24,126 nt of DNA, from the IMG/VR virus record IMGVR_UViG_3300020043_002866, positions 1 through 24,126 of that record. The stretch is one strand, 5' to 3'. The notes below the pieces were generated by a model, which was not told the DNA's origin, ran no database searches, and worked only from the letters and a program-made list of their open reading frames with translations. The stretch's first letter is position 1. Each line of letters begins with the position of its first letter. This document shows positions 1 to 7,479 of the stretch, piece after piece. Source of the DNA: a virus. Its lineage: Duplodnaviria; Caudoviricetes. Both the position numbers and the translations under genes were made by a program.

Positions 1-768
1 ACCTGGGTGCATCTCTCCGATTGAAGCCGTGACCGGGATCAGGTTTGAGGCACGGTATGCAACGACACAGGGGCGGCCGGTGACCTCATGAATTGTGGCT
101 GCGGTGGCAAAGCCTTCGGCGATGTACAGAACACCCGGATGATCGAGGGTGCCGATGATCCAGAAGCGTCCGCCGGTTTGGCCACCTGTGTGATACAACT
201 TCCCGCCGTCTTCGCTGATGTACTGCAAACTGGATAGCTCGCCGTCTTCTGAGAAAAGAGGCACCATCAAGCGCCCATCCCCAGTGACGCGGGCGCCGTG
301 AGGCTGGACACCTTTCCGTTTCAAATACGGATGATCGGGACTTGCCTGGGCTCCGTCTCGCCAGATTGTCTCGACGGTTGATGCGGCCACGGAACGATCC
401 CGCTCTATTTCTTCGTCACGGAGGCGCTTTGCCGCGTTGATCCGGGCAATGTGGGCCATTTCCTCTGCTGGGGTCCACCTCTTTTTACCGATGTCCGCTT
501 TGACTGTCTGTGTCAAATTAGCCCTCCAGCAGCCAAAAGTTAGGCATGGGATGCCGTCCAGGTGACCGACATACCAGCCAGAACGATCTAGAGTTTTCCT
601 GCTGGACCCGGAGCGGAAACGGTGGATGCGACCGTCAAGAATAAATTCATCTGGGGCATCAAGCCCTGCCTCTTCAATAGCTCTACTGAACTGCACTTCA
701 ATTGGGAGCGGGACAACTTCCTGGGGGGGAGACCAAGGGCCTCCAAGAATGTGCGTTAGATCAGCCAT
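1..768 (-). CDS. Toprim-type DNA primase, N-terminal part (runs off the window edge)
   Basis: Not in the ORF track; translated by hand from ATG at 768 and open to position 1: MADLTHILGGPWSPP...IHRFRSG...SGWYVGHLDG...HPYLKRKGV...LMVPL...LQYISEDGGKLY...LYIAEGFATAATIHE. The HPYL..KG, LQ.I...G.K and AEG.ATA motifs are typical of phage/plasmid Toprim primases. Confidence 0.85.
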   Translation of the reverse strand, partial: MADLTHILGGPWSPPQEVVPLPIEVQFSRAIEEAGLDAPDEFILDGRIHRFRSGSSRKTLDRSGWYVGHLDGIPCLTFGCWRANLTQTVKADIGKKRWTPAEEMAHIARINAAKRLRDEEIERDRSVAASTVETIWRDGAQASPDHPYLKRKGVQPHGARVTGDGRLMVPLFSEDGELSSLQYISEDGGKLYHTGGQTGGRFWIIGTLDHPGVLYIAEGFATAATIHEVTGRPCVVAYRASNLIPVTASIGEMHPG

Positions 769-772
769 TTGG

Positions 773-964
773 TCAGAGTGTTATGGGTTGTGTTTGACGG
801 ATGAGATAGTCTGACAGGATAGTGATCGTTCGCAATGAGGGGTTGGTCTGCCGACCCTTTTTGATCTGGTGCAGGGTGTTCGCATGCAGGCCAGTAGCGG
901 CTGCTACTGCACTGATACGCCGATCGGCAAGGGCGGATTTGATCTGTTCTAGACTCAACAACAT
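773..964 (-). CDS. Cro/XRE-like helix-turn-helix protein
   Basis: 63 aa, ISAVAAATGLHANTLHQIKKGRQTNPSLRTITILSDYL fits an XRE HTH pattern; strong SD (AAGGAG) upstream; directly upstream of the primase. Confidence 0.8.
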   Translation of the reverse strand: MLLSLEQIKSALADRRISAVAAATGLHANTLHQIKKGRQTNPSLRTITILSDYLIRQTQPITL

Positions 965-986
965 TTTTATCTCTCCTTTTGTTTGG

Positions 987-1027
987 GTGTTGACATTGTG
1001 ACGTGCAATCGTTTACATTGTCAACAC
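987..1027. promoter_or_regulatory. Overlapping divergent sigma70-like promoters within an inverted repeat
   Basis: + strand TTGACA(990-995)-N18-TACATT(1014-1019); - strand TTGACA(1024-1019)-N18-CACAAT(1000-995). Arms 987-999 and 1015-1027 match at 12/13. Lies between the two divergent operons. Confidence 0.7.
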
Positions 1028-1075
1028 TGCACGAACGGAATCGCCGACGGTGTAGGTAAACGAGGAGAACGAAAC

Positions 1076-1261
1076 ATGGAAATGATCTACAACCAAGACT
1101 TTTACAAAGTGTGGGCGTGCAAAGTGGGAGACTACGTGCTGATCTGGTCGTCAGACTATCCGACTCGCTCTAACCTGATCGGCACCTGCGACAGCATGGA
1201 AGACGCATTAGAGTGGGCTAAGGATTGGGTTCAGTGCAAAATTGAGGATGTACCTTTTTAA
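1076..1261 (+). CDS. Small early hypothetical protein (61 aa, ends EDVPF)
   Basis: ATG at 1076 after GAGGAG; internal start of track ORF 983..1261. Confidence 0.75.
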   Translation: MEMIYNQDFYKVWACKVGDYVLIWSSDYPTRSNLIGTCDSMEDALEWAKDWVQCKIEDVPF

Positions 1262-1280
1262 ATAATTTAACTCTGGGGTG

Positions 1281-1309
1281 TTGACAGGCTCACAGCCACG
1301 CCCCACAAT
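1281..1309 (+). promoter_or_regulatory. Sigma70-like early promoter
   Basis: Intergenic TTGACA(1281-1286)-N17-CACAAT(1304-1309). Confidence 0.7.
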
Positions 1310-1363
1310 ACACACATCGAGCGAACAGATTGTCTGAAGGCTCGACAAACGAAAGGAACGAAA

Positions 1364-1642
1364 ATGAAAAACAATGACCTGCAACTGACGCAAGCCGATC
1401 AACTTGGCGCGCTGTTGGCCGAGATTGCAATTCTTGAGAAGCAGGCTGAGGAAATAAAAAACGCCATGAAAGAAGTCGGCGGTGTGCACGAGGGCGTGCT
1501 GTTTCGCTCAACCGTGGTGGAAAGCAACCGCTCTGTCACCGATTGGAAGGCCCTTTGCGCCGCCCAGGGCATTGGGGCCGAAGTGGTTGCCGCCCACACC
1601 AAGACCACTGCTGTCTACAGCGTTAAGACCACATCAAAATAA
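1364..1642 (+). CDS. Hypothetical phage protein with N-terminal coiled coil
   Basis: 92 aa ORF with AAAGGA SD; ADQLGALLAEIAILEKQAEEIKNAM heptad pattern. Confidence 0.8.
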   Translation: MKNNDLQLTQADQLGALLAEIAILEKQAEEIKNAMKEVGGVHEGVLFRSTVVESNRSVTDWKALCAAQGIGAEVVAAHTKTTAVYSVKTTSK

Positions 1643-1667
1643 AGGAGGGGGGCCTAGCCCCCATCAC

Positions 1668-1787
1668 ATGGAAACCCCTCCATCGAATTGGCCGTTTCCC
1701 ACGTACAAAGGGAACCCGCTGCCGAAACCAAAACCTTCCCCGTTCCGTGAGGAACCATCACAACCTGCGCCTCCGGCGCCTTTCTAG
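1668..1787 (+). CDS. Small proline-rich protein (39 aa, WPFPT motif)
   Basis: METPPSNWPFPTYKGNPLPKPKPSPFREEPSQPAPPAPF fills the gap between two genes; ATG at 1668. Confidence 0.55.
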   Translation: METPPSNWPFPTYKGNPLPKPKPSPFREEPSQPAPPAPF

Positions 1788-1792
1788 GAGAT

Positions 1793-2470
1793 ATGAAAAT
1801 GGCAATAAACCTTAAAACCACCAAATCTCTTGCAGCATCTGGCGTAAAACTGCTCGTCTACGGTCAGGCCGGAGCGGGTAAGACCTCGCTCATACCGACC
1901 CTGCCAGCCCCAATAGTCCTCAGCGCCGAGGGAGGCTTGCTCTCGATTGCAGGGGCGGATGTGCCCTACATAGAAATATCTGACATGGCCAGCCTGCGTG
2001 AGGCTTGGCAGTGGATAACAGAATCTTCCGAGGCTAAGGAATTTCAATCCGTGGCCTTGGATTCAATCAGCGAAATAGCAGAGGTCGTACTGAACGCCGA
2101 GAAGAAAGCCACGAAAGATCCGCGCCAAGCTTATGGCGCAATGCAAGAGCAAATGGCGGACATCATAAGAGCGTTCCGCGACCTTCCAGGCCGTCACGTT
2201 TACATGAGTGCGAAGCTTGAGAAGACCCAAGACGAAATGGGTCGGGTGTTGTACTCACCCAGCATGCCGGGCAACAAAACTGGCCAGCAGTTGCCCTACT
2301 TTTTTGACGAAGTGCTTGCTTTGCGGGTGGAACGCGACGCCGAAGGCAACACGCAACGGGCTCTAATGTGCGACTCTGACGGGCTTTGGCTGGCCAAAGA
2401 TAGAAGTGGGAAGTTAGAGATGTGGGAGGGCCCTGATCTTGGGGCGATTATCAAAAAAATTGAGACATAA
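1793..2470 (+). CDS. Sak4-like / AAA_24 P-loop ATPase (recombination, single-strand annealing)
   Basis: Walker A YGQAGAGKTS, Walker B VALDSISE, C-terminal AKDRSGKL; same operon as a DUF669-like SSB and an exonuclease. Confidence 0.88.
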   Translation: MKMAINLKTTKSLAASGVKLLVYGQAGAGKTSLIPTLPAPIVLSAEGGLLSIAGADVPYIEISDMASLREAWQWITESSEAKEFQSVALDSISEIAEVVLNAEKKATKDPRQAYGAMQEQMADIIRAFRDLPGRHVYMSAKLEKTQDEMGRVLYSPSMPGNKTGQQLPYFFDEVLALRVERDAEGNTQRALMCDSDGLWLAKDRSGKLEMWEGPDLGAIIKKIET

Positions 2471-2476
2471 ACAATC

Positions 2477-2743
2477 ATGAATAGGCACGACATCTTTGAG
2501 ATCTGGCAGTACACGCAGCTTCAAAATCAGGACCAGGATTGGGGTCTGATCGCTATTAAATTCGCTCAGGCAATAGCCCGCATTGAGCGTGAACAGATAG
2601 CTAGGATGTGCGACGACTACGCGATGCAAGAAGACCCTACGGAGTTCCCTCGGGACAACTTTACGGGTGGCAAAGCATTTGCTGCTCAAGATCTTGCAGA
2701 AAAGATACGTGCCCGGGAAGACCTTGGGGACTGTAATGACTGA
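2477..2743 (+). CDS. Hypothetical phage protein (ERE..A..C / IRAR type)
   Basis: 88 aa; resembles 5119..5448 (MNR.DI start, ERE motif, IRAR near the end). Confidence 0.65.
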   Translation: MNRHDIFEIWQYTQLQNQDQDWGLIAIKFAQAIARIEREQIARMCDDYAMQEDPTEFPRDNFTGGKAFAAQDLAEKIRAREDLGDCND

Positions 2744-3077
2744 AGAAACGCTAAAACTCGCTGGTCGTGCTGTGAACCTAGATGTTTGGTTCAATCATGA
2801 AGTGGGCTCGTACGGTTATGGGGCTCCGACATCGTTTACGAAATGGAATCCGCTACGTGACGACAGGGATGCATTCAGGCTCATGGTTGCACTGAAATTC
2901 AGTGTTCGACACAACTGGAATCTGAATGCGGTGGATGTGTCTGGCAATGTCTATCATCAGCCAGACCGCGACGAAAGGATGGCTGAGTTTTATGGGCCGG
3001 AGAGTGGCCAAGATCCGTACACGGCAACGCGAACCGCGATTGTGAACGCGGCTGCAACGATAGGGAGATATTTATGA
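2736..3077 (+). CDS. Hypothetical phage protein (WNPL.DD.DA type), paralog of 5445..5753
   Basis: ATG at 2736 overlaps the previous gene's end; WNPLRDDRDAFRLMVAL and DPYTATRTAIVNAAATIG motifs. Confidence 0.75.
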   Translation: MTEETLKLAGRAVNLDVWFNHEVGSYGYGAPTSFTKWNPLRDDRDAFRLMVALKFSVRHNWNLNAVDVSGNVYHQPDRDERMAEFYGPESGQDPYTATRTAIVNAAATIGRYL

Positions 3078-3460
3078 ATGACTTAGAACAGCTTGCGCGT
3101 GAGTGGGAGGAGGCGAAAGCTTTCGAAGCTCAGGCAATAGCAAGACGCCGAGAGATTGAGGATCAACTCACCCAGGCTCTGGCGATCCCGAAGGATCTTG
3201 AAGGAACAAAAAACGAAGATGCAGGACAGTACAAAATAAAGATAGTTGGGAGGCTTGATCGAAAGGTCAATGCTGATAAACTGCAAGAACTCGCCCAGGA
3301 ATCCGGTTTAACCGAGCACTTGGGCAGTCTGTTCAGATGGAAGCCGGAGATCAACATGACAGCCTGGAAGGCTGCTCATGAGTCGATCACTTCTCCATTG
3401 CTGGACGCCATTACCACAACGGCTGGAAGGCCGTCATACGCCATAACTCGAAAGGACTGA
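3074..3460 (+). CDS. Conserved-looking phage protein of the Sak4/SSB/exonuclease module
   Basis: 128 aa, ATGA overlap, GGGAG SD, coiled-coil N-terminus, LFRWKPEIN motif. Confidence 0.8.
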   Translation: MNDLEQLAREWEEAKAFEAQAIARRREIEDQLTQALAIPKDLEGTKNEDAGQYKIKIVGRLDRKVNADKLQELAQESGLTEHLGSLFRWKPEINMTAWKAAHESITSPLLDAITTTAGRPSYAITRKD

Positions 3461-3463
3461 ACC

Positions 3464-3943
3464 ATGGCTCGCTTATCACAATCTTTTTCTGTTGAATCAC
3501 TCCCACAACCTACGAACAATTACGGCGTTCTTCCTGCCGGATGGTACTCGGCAACGATTAGCCGCGCCGAGGTCAAGCCAACAAAGTCAGGCACTGGCGA
3601 ATACATCAACATCATGTACACAGTCACAGGCCCGACTCACCAAGGCCGAGCAGTCTGGGGGATGATCAACATCAAGAATGCCAACCCGGAAACCGAAAAA
3701 ATCGGAATGCAGCAGCTCGGAGAGCTCATTCGTGCAACCGGGGTCGTGCACCTGTCCGACACCGATCAGTTGATTGGCAAGGATCTTGTCATCAAGCTGA
3801 CTGTCAAGGACGACGAGCGTTATGGTGAACGCAACGAAGTGAAAGGATTCAAGGCCGTTCAAGGCGGTTCAATCCCGTCTATGCCTACCGCAGCTCCGGA
3901 GGCTCCCGCTGCAAAAGCCGCTCCTCCATGGGCTAAGAAGTAA
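3464..3943 (+). CDS. DUF669-like single-stranded DNA-binding protein
   Basis: LPAGWYSATISRAEVKPTKSGTGEYI...GPTHQGRAVW...RNEVKGFK pattern, Ala/Pro tail ending PPWAKK; module context. Confidence 0.8.
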   Translation: MARLSQSFSVESLPQPTNNYGVLPAGWYSATISRAEVKPTKSGTGEYINIMYTVTGPTHQGRAVWGMINIKNANPETEKIGMQQLGELIRATGVVHLSDTDQLIGKDLVIKLTVKDDERYGERNEVKGFKAVQGGSIPSMPTAAPEAPAAKAAPPWAKK

Positions 3944-3945
3944 GC

Positions 3946-3973
3946 AAAAAAAAGCCCCCTGCAAGGGGGGCTT
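3946..3973. terminator. Intrinsic terminator-like hairpin (U-tract on - strand)
   Basis: A8 run, then GCCCCCT-GCAA-GGGGGGC-TT; intergenic. Confidence 0.6.
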
Positions 3974-4004
3974 AGCAACTCAAAAGGAGAGGAGACGGTT
4001 AATT

Positions 4005-4964
4005 ATGGCTCAGATTATAGTCAAAGACAAAATCGTTGAGGCAATAGACGCTGCGCACGAGGCAGCGCAAGAACGCCCCAGGCCGCATATGGGGGCATCA
4101 ATGCTGGGTCATCCGTGTGATCGGTGGCTGTGGTTGTCGTTCCGTTGGGCGGTGATTGAAAAGTTCCAAGGGCGGATTCTGAGACTGTTCCGCCGTGGCC
4201 AGATGGAAGAAGCCACAATCATCAGCGACCTAGAGGCTATCGGGATCGTATTCAAACAGACAGACGGGCAAGCCAGGGTGGAGTTTGGCTCTCATGTGTC
4301 TGGATCAGTAGACGGAATTATTGAATCTGGGGTTCCAGATGCCCCGAAAGCTCGACACGTTGCAGAGTTCAAAACACATGCATTGAGAAGTTTTGAGGAT
4401 CTTTTGTCACAGGGGGTTCAGAAGTCTAAGCCGATGCACTGGGCGCAGATGCAGGTTTACATGCATGGCCTGGGGATACATCGAGCGTTGTATGTAGCCA
4501 TCTGTAAAAACGATGACAGAATTTACACAGAGCGATTACACTACGATCACAACGCAGCCGAAAAGCTCGTTGATCGAGGCAGACGAATTGCGCAAGCAGA
4601 CAGGATGCCAGAGCCTTTGAGCAGTGACCCCACTTGGTACGAATGCAAGTTTTGTCCAGCTCGCAAGCTTTGCCATCAGACAAAACTGACGGAGCAGGTG
4701 AATTGTCGGACATGCGCACATTCAACTGCAACAGCGTCAGGGGTTTGGGAGTGTGCGAAGTGGGGCAATGACATACCCGAGGACTGGCAGCACAAAGGCT
4801 GCTCCTCTCACGTCCTGCACCCGGATCTAGTACCGTGGAAGATGAAGGGAAGTGATGAGAACGGGTGGAGAGCGGTTTATCTAGTGAATGGGCGTGAGGT
4901 GGTGAATGGTGAAGCTGGGTCTGGAGTAACTAGCAGTGAGCGACTAATAAAGGGGGTTATATGA
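4005..4964 (+). CDS. Cas4-like PD-(D/E)xK exonuclease
   Basis: ASMLGHPCDRWLW, SGSVDGII, AEFKT, AQMQVYM, split Cys cluster C...CKFC....LC, plus C-terminal CRTC...C...C. Confidence 0.87.
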   Translation: MAQIIVKDKIVEAIDAAHEAAQERPRPHMGASMLGHPCDRWLWLSFRWAVIEKFQGRILRLFRRGQMEEATIISDLEAIGIVFKQTDGQARVEFGSHVSGSVDGIIESGVPDAPKARHVAEFKTHALRSFEDLLSQGVQKSKPMHWAQMQVYMHGLGIHRALYVAICKNDDRIYTERLHYDHNAAEKLVDRGRRIAQADRMPEPLSSDPTWYECKFCPARKLCHQTKLTEQVNCRTCAHSTATASGVWECAKWGNDIPEDWQHKGCSSHVLHPDLVPWKMKGSDENGWRAVYLVNGREVVNGEAGSGVTSSERLIKGVI

Positions 4965-5122
4965 CGATACTCACACGCAAAGAGATGATTGAAAGCGTCT
5001 TGAAAAGCGTCAATGAGGCGCTTGAAAAAATACCGGTTGAACGACAGGAGATTGTTTGCGCCGAGATGCTGAACTCAATAGCGGGGATTCCTGTTGTTTA
5101 CGTTCCAGGAGAGAAGGAATGA
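4961..5122 (+). CDS. Small hypothetical protein (53 aa)
   Basis: Hand-translated MTILTRKEMIESVLK...VYVPGEKE; ATGA overlaps at both ends. Confidence 0.65.
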   Translation: MTILTRKEMIESVLKSVNEALEKIPVERQEIVCAEMLNSIAGIPVVYVPGEKE

Positions 5123-5448
5123 ACCGAGACGACATCATCAGGATGGCACGCGAGGCCGAATGCTCAGAGACATGGGGCGGAGATGCTTTTAAATTTACGG
5201 TTGAGGAGCTTGAGCGATTCGCCGCCCTTGTTGCAGCAACCGAACGCGAGGCGTGTAAAAACTTGTGGGAAGCGCAAAAGTTAACGGATCGTCAAATTTC
5301 CGATCACATTGTGGCGGCTGTCGAAGCCGAACGCGCGGAGTGCGCAGCAATAGCAAACGAGCACAAAGAGCATTGCTACGACGGAGACCAAGATTGGTAT
5401 AAGTGTCGCAGCATAGAAGCAGCCATCAGAGCAAGGGGGAACAGATGA
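5119..5448 (+). CDS. Hypothetical phage protein (MNRDDIIRMAREA / EREAC type)
   Basis: ATG at 5119 after a GGAG SD; ELERFAALVAATEREAC...AAIRARG. Confidence 0.75.
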   Translation: MNRDDIIRMAREAECSETWGGDAFKFTVEELERFAALVAATEREACKNLWEAQKLTDRQISDHIVAAVEAERAECAAIANEHKEHCYDGDQDWYKCRSIEAAIRARGNR

Positions 5449-5753
5449 GCGACCATGAACTTTTGGAATTGGCTGCTAAAGCTGCGGGTTACGACGTGGT
5501 TTATGAAAGTACATACCTAACATTTTTTCGTCAAGATGTTTCAGGACGTCCGGTTTGGAATCCGTTAAATGACGACGGGGATGCGTTGCGGTTGGCTGTG
5601 AAGTTGAATTTGGTAGTGAACAGAGGGCTTGCATTTTCTTCTGGATTAAAAGTGTTTGCTACCGAGTTGGACGCTGCGCATTTCGAACCTTATGCGGCCA
5701 CTCGTCGCGCGATTGTCAAGGCCGCTGCTGAAATTGGAAGGGGGAACACATGA
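5445..5753 (+). CDS. Hypothetical phage protein (WNPL.DD.DA type)
   Basis: ATGA overlap at 5445; WNPLNDDGDALRLAVKL, PYAATRRAIVKAAAEIG. Confidence 0.78.
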   Translation: MSDHELLELAAKAAGYDVVYESTYLTFFRQDVSGRPVWNPLNDDGDALRLAVKLNLVVNRGLAFSSGLKVFATELDAAHFEPYAATRRAIVKAAAEIGRGNT

Positions 5754-5977
5754 CCACGCTACGTGAAACAACAATGCAAGACGCTATTGAATCCGGTAAC
5801 AGTGTCTTGATGGAAGAACAAGCCGCGCTTTTAAGAGAGTGCAGATTAGCAATTGATGAACTTATAAAAAAGAAACCAATGATTGCCGGCCTAATATGCG
5901 GATCAACAACTATTGGAAATCTTAGAGCGTCTCTATATGAGTACCGCCCACAGGGTGTTTTTGGGGTGAAAAAATGA
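5750..5977 (+). CDS. Hypothetical protein
   Basis: 75 aa, ATGA overlaps on both sides. Confidence 0.65.
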   Translation: MTTLRETTMQDAIESGNSVLMEEQAALLRECRLAIDELIKKKPMIAGLICGSTTIGNLRASLYEYRPQGVFGVKK

Positions 5978-6195
5978 CCACACTACGCGAAGCCGCTGAG
6001 CTGGCGCTGGAGGCTTTGAAACAATCGCGCCCAAAACCTTGCGATGAAGATGACGATTACGCAGAACTAGCATGGAAGAAACACACTGCGGCAATCAAAG
6101 CTATTGAATCAGCGTTAGCAAAACAACCAAAACGGGATTCAAACAAAGATTTATGGCTATCTTTGAGGAAAAAAGTCATGAGGAGCAGACCATGA
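5974..6195 (+). CDS. Hypothetical protein (LREAAELALEAL type)
   Basis: 73 aa, ATGA overlaps on both sides. Confidence 0.65.
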   Translation: MTTLREAAELALEALKQSRPKPCDEDDDYAELAWKKHTAAIKAIESALAKQPKRDSNKDLWLSLRKKVMRSRP

Positions 6196-6389
6196 CAGTA
6201 AAACTGACAACAAGCTCAGTAGCCGTAGACCAAGATTACTTTTGGCAACCTATGACCACTTGCCCGCTATCAGTAAAGGTTCAACTGCTAGGCGCTGGAG
6301 GCGTGGCAACGTATGGAAATTGGGATGGCTATAACAGTTTCTGGAAAGGTTGGGCACCATTGCCCAAGAAAAGGGAGGCAGACAAATGA
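6192..6389 (+). CDS. DUF551-like small protein
   Basis: ATG at 6192 after GAGGAG; WQPMTTCP...VQLL...WKGWAPLP pattern. Confidence 0.7.
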   Translation: MTVKLTTSSVAVDQDYFWQPMTTCPLSVKVQLLGAGGVATYGNWDGYNSFWKGWAPLPKKREADK

Positions 6390-6556
6390 TCGAGGAGCCA
6401 ATAAATCAACTGGCTTGGGAGTGCGGATTCTTAGAACAGGACATTGAAAAGCTAAAGAAGTTTGCAAGGCTTATCAGAGCAAGAGCTTTTCTTGAAGGCT
6501 TTGATGCAGGAATGAATTACACCCAAGTTATGAATCAAAAAGAGGATGAGCAATGA
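6386..6556 (+). CDS. Hypothetical protein (56 aa)
   Basis: ATG at 6386 after GGGAGG; ATGA overlaps. Confidence 0.65.
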   Translation: MIEEPINQLAWECGFLEQDIEKLKKFARLIRARAFLEGFDAGMNYTQVMNQKEDEQ

Positions 6557-6867
6557 GAACGCTAATGACTGCACTTGTACTGCTATTTTCAACACAAGCC
6601 CAAGCAGAATCCTGGGGAGGCCATGACAAATGGCAGCACGCAATTGTTGGGGCTGCTACTGGCGCCGCATTTACGAAAGCTACCGACGATTGGCGTTATG
6701 GGTGCGCTGCTGCCGCTGCTGTTGGTCTGGCCAAAGAACTCTACGACAGACAGCACAGAGATAGACACACGCCATCGTTTAAAGACTTTGCCGTGACTGC
6801 TGCGGCAGGCTGCGGATCGAGCATTGTCGTTGCACCAAACTATATCGGCTTCAATATCAAATTCTGA
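6553..6867 (+). CDS. YfiM-like exported/membrane protein
   Basis: Signal peptide ending AQA; DKWQH, GLAKELYD and SFKDF motifs resemble the YfiM/DUF2279 family. Confidence 0.65.
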   Translation: MRTLMTALVLLFSTQAQAESWGGHDKWQHAIVGAATGAAFTKATDDWRYGCAAAAAVGLAKELYDRQHRDRHTPSFKDFAVTAAAGCGSSIVVAPNYIGFNIKF

Positions 6868-6874
6868 GGATCAC

Positions 6875-7291
6875 ATGCCAAGACCTGCACCCCCATGCAA
6901 CAAGGGCCGCAAAATCATCAAGGTGAATGCACTGATGATGGCCCAGTTAATGAAGCATTTGATGGAAGGCGATTACACGTGCCAGGAGCTGGCCGAGGAA
7001 ACGGGCCTGCACTACGTGACCGTTCTTCATTACACCCGCGAGATGTACAGAGAGGGAGTGCTTCACATCTGTAAATGGGACAAGCGGCCAGAATCAAAAG
7101 ATCCCATTAGGATTTACAAGCTTGGATCAAAGCCTGATGCCAAGAAAAAAATAATGACAGATGTGGAAAAGTCTCAACGGTACCGACAAAAGAAGAAACA
7201 ACTAAAGTTGGTGCAAATGATGGCAGGAGACTCTACGCTGTTCACCCGGAAACCGAAAGCACAGCAGACACAACAAAAGGAAGCAGCATGA
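6875..7291 (+). CDS. Winged-helix DNA-binding protein
   Basis: ATG at 6875 after GAGG; YTCQELAEETGLHYVTVLHYTREMYREGVLHI wHTH pattern; basic C-terminus. Confidence 0.72.
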   Translation: MPRPAPPCNKGRKIIKVNALMMAQLMKHLMEGDYTCQELAEETGLHYVTVLHYTREMYREGVLHICKWDKRPESKDPIRIYKLGSKPDAKKKIMTDVEKSQRYRQKKKQLKLVQMMAGDSTLFTRKPKAQQTQQKEAA

Positions 7292-7479
7292 AGATTAAAC
7301 TAGCACCCCCAAAAATGGATGCATTTGATGAGGATGACATCGCCGTTTTTACGATGGAACTAGTAGATGAGTCTGCCGCCAGCATTGAGATTAGGGCTTG
7401 GATTGATAGAGATAATTGGCCGGTGATTCAACAGGCTGTGGCTGATGCTTTGGAAATGATGTTTCCGGAGGGCGGGTAA
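7288..7479 (+). CDS. Small acidic hypothetical protein
   Basis: 63 aa; ATGA overlap upstream and TAATG coupling to the helicase. Confidence 0.65.
   Translation: MKIKLAPPKMDAFDEDDIAVFTMELVDESAASIEIRAWIDRDNWPVIQQAVADALEMMFPEGG

Noticed and set aside
4005-4964. Cas4-like nuclease as a sign of a CRISPR-Cas system
   Set aside because: No repeat-spacer array or other cas genes; solo Cas4-like exonucleases are normal in phage Sak4/SSB recombination modules.
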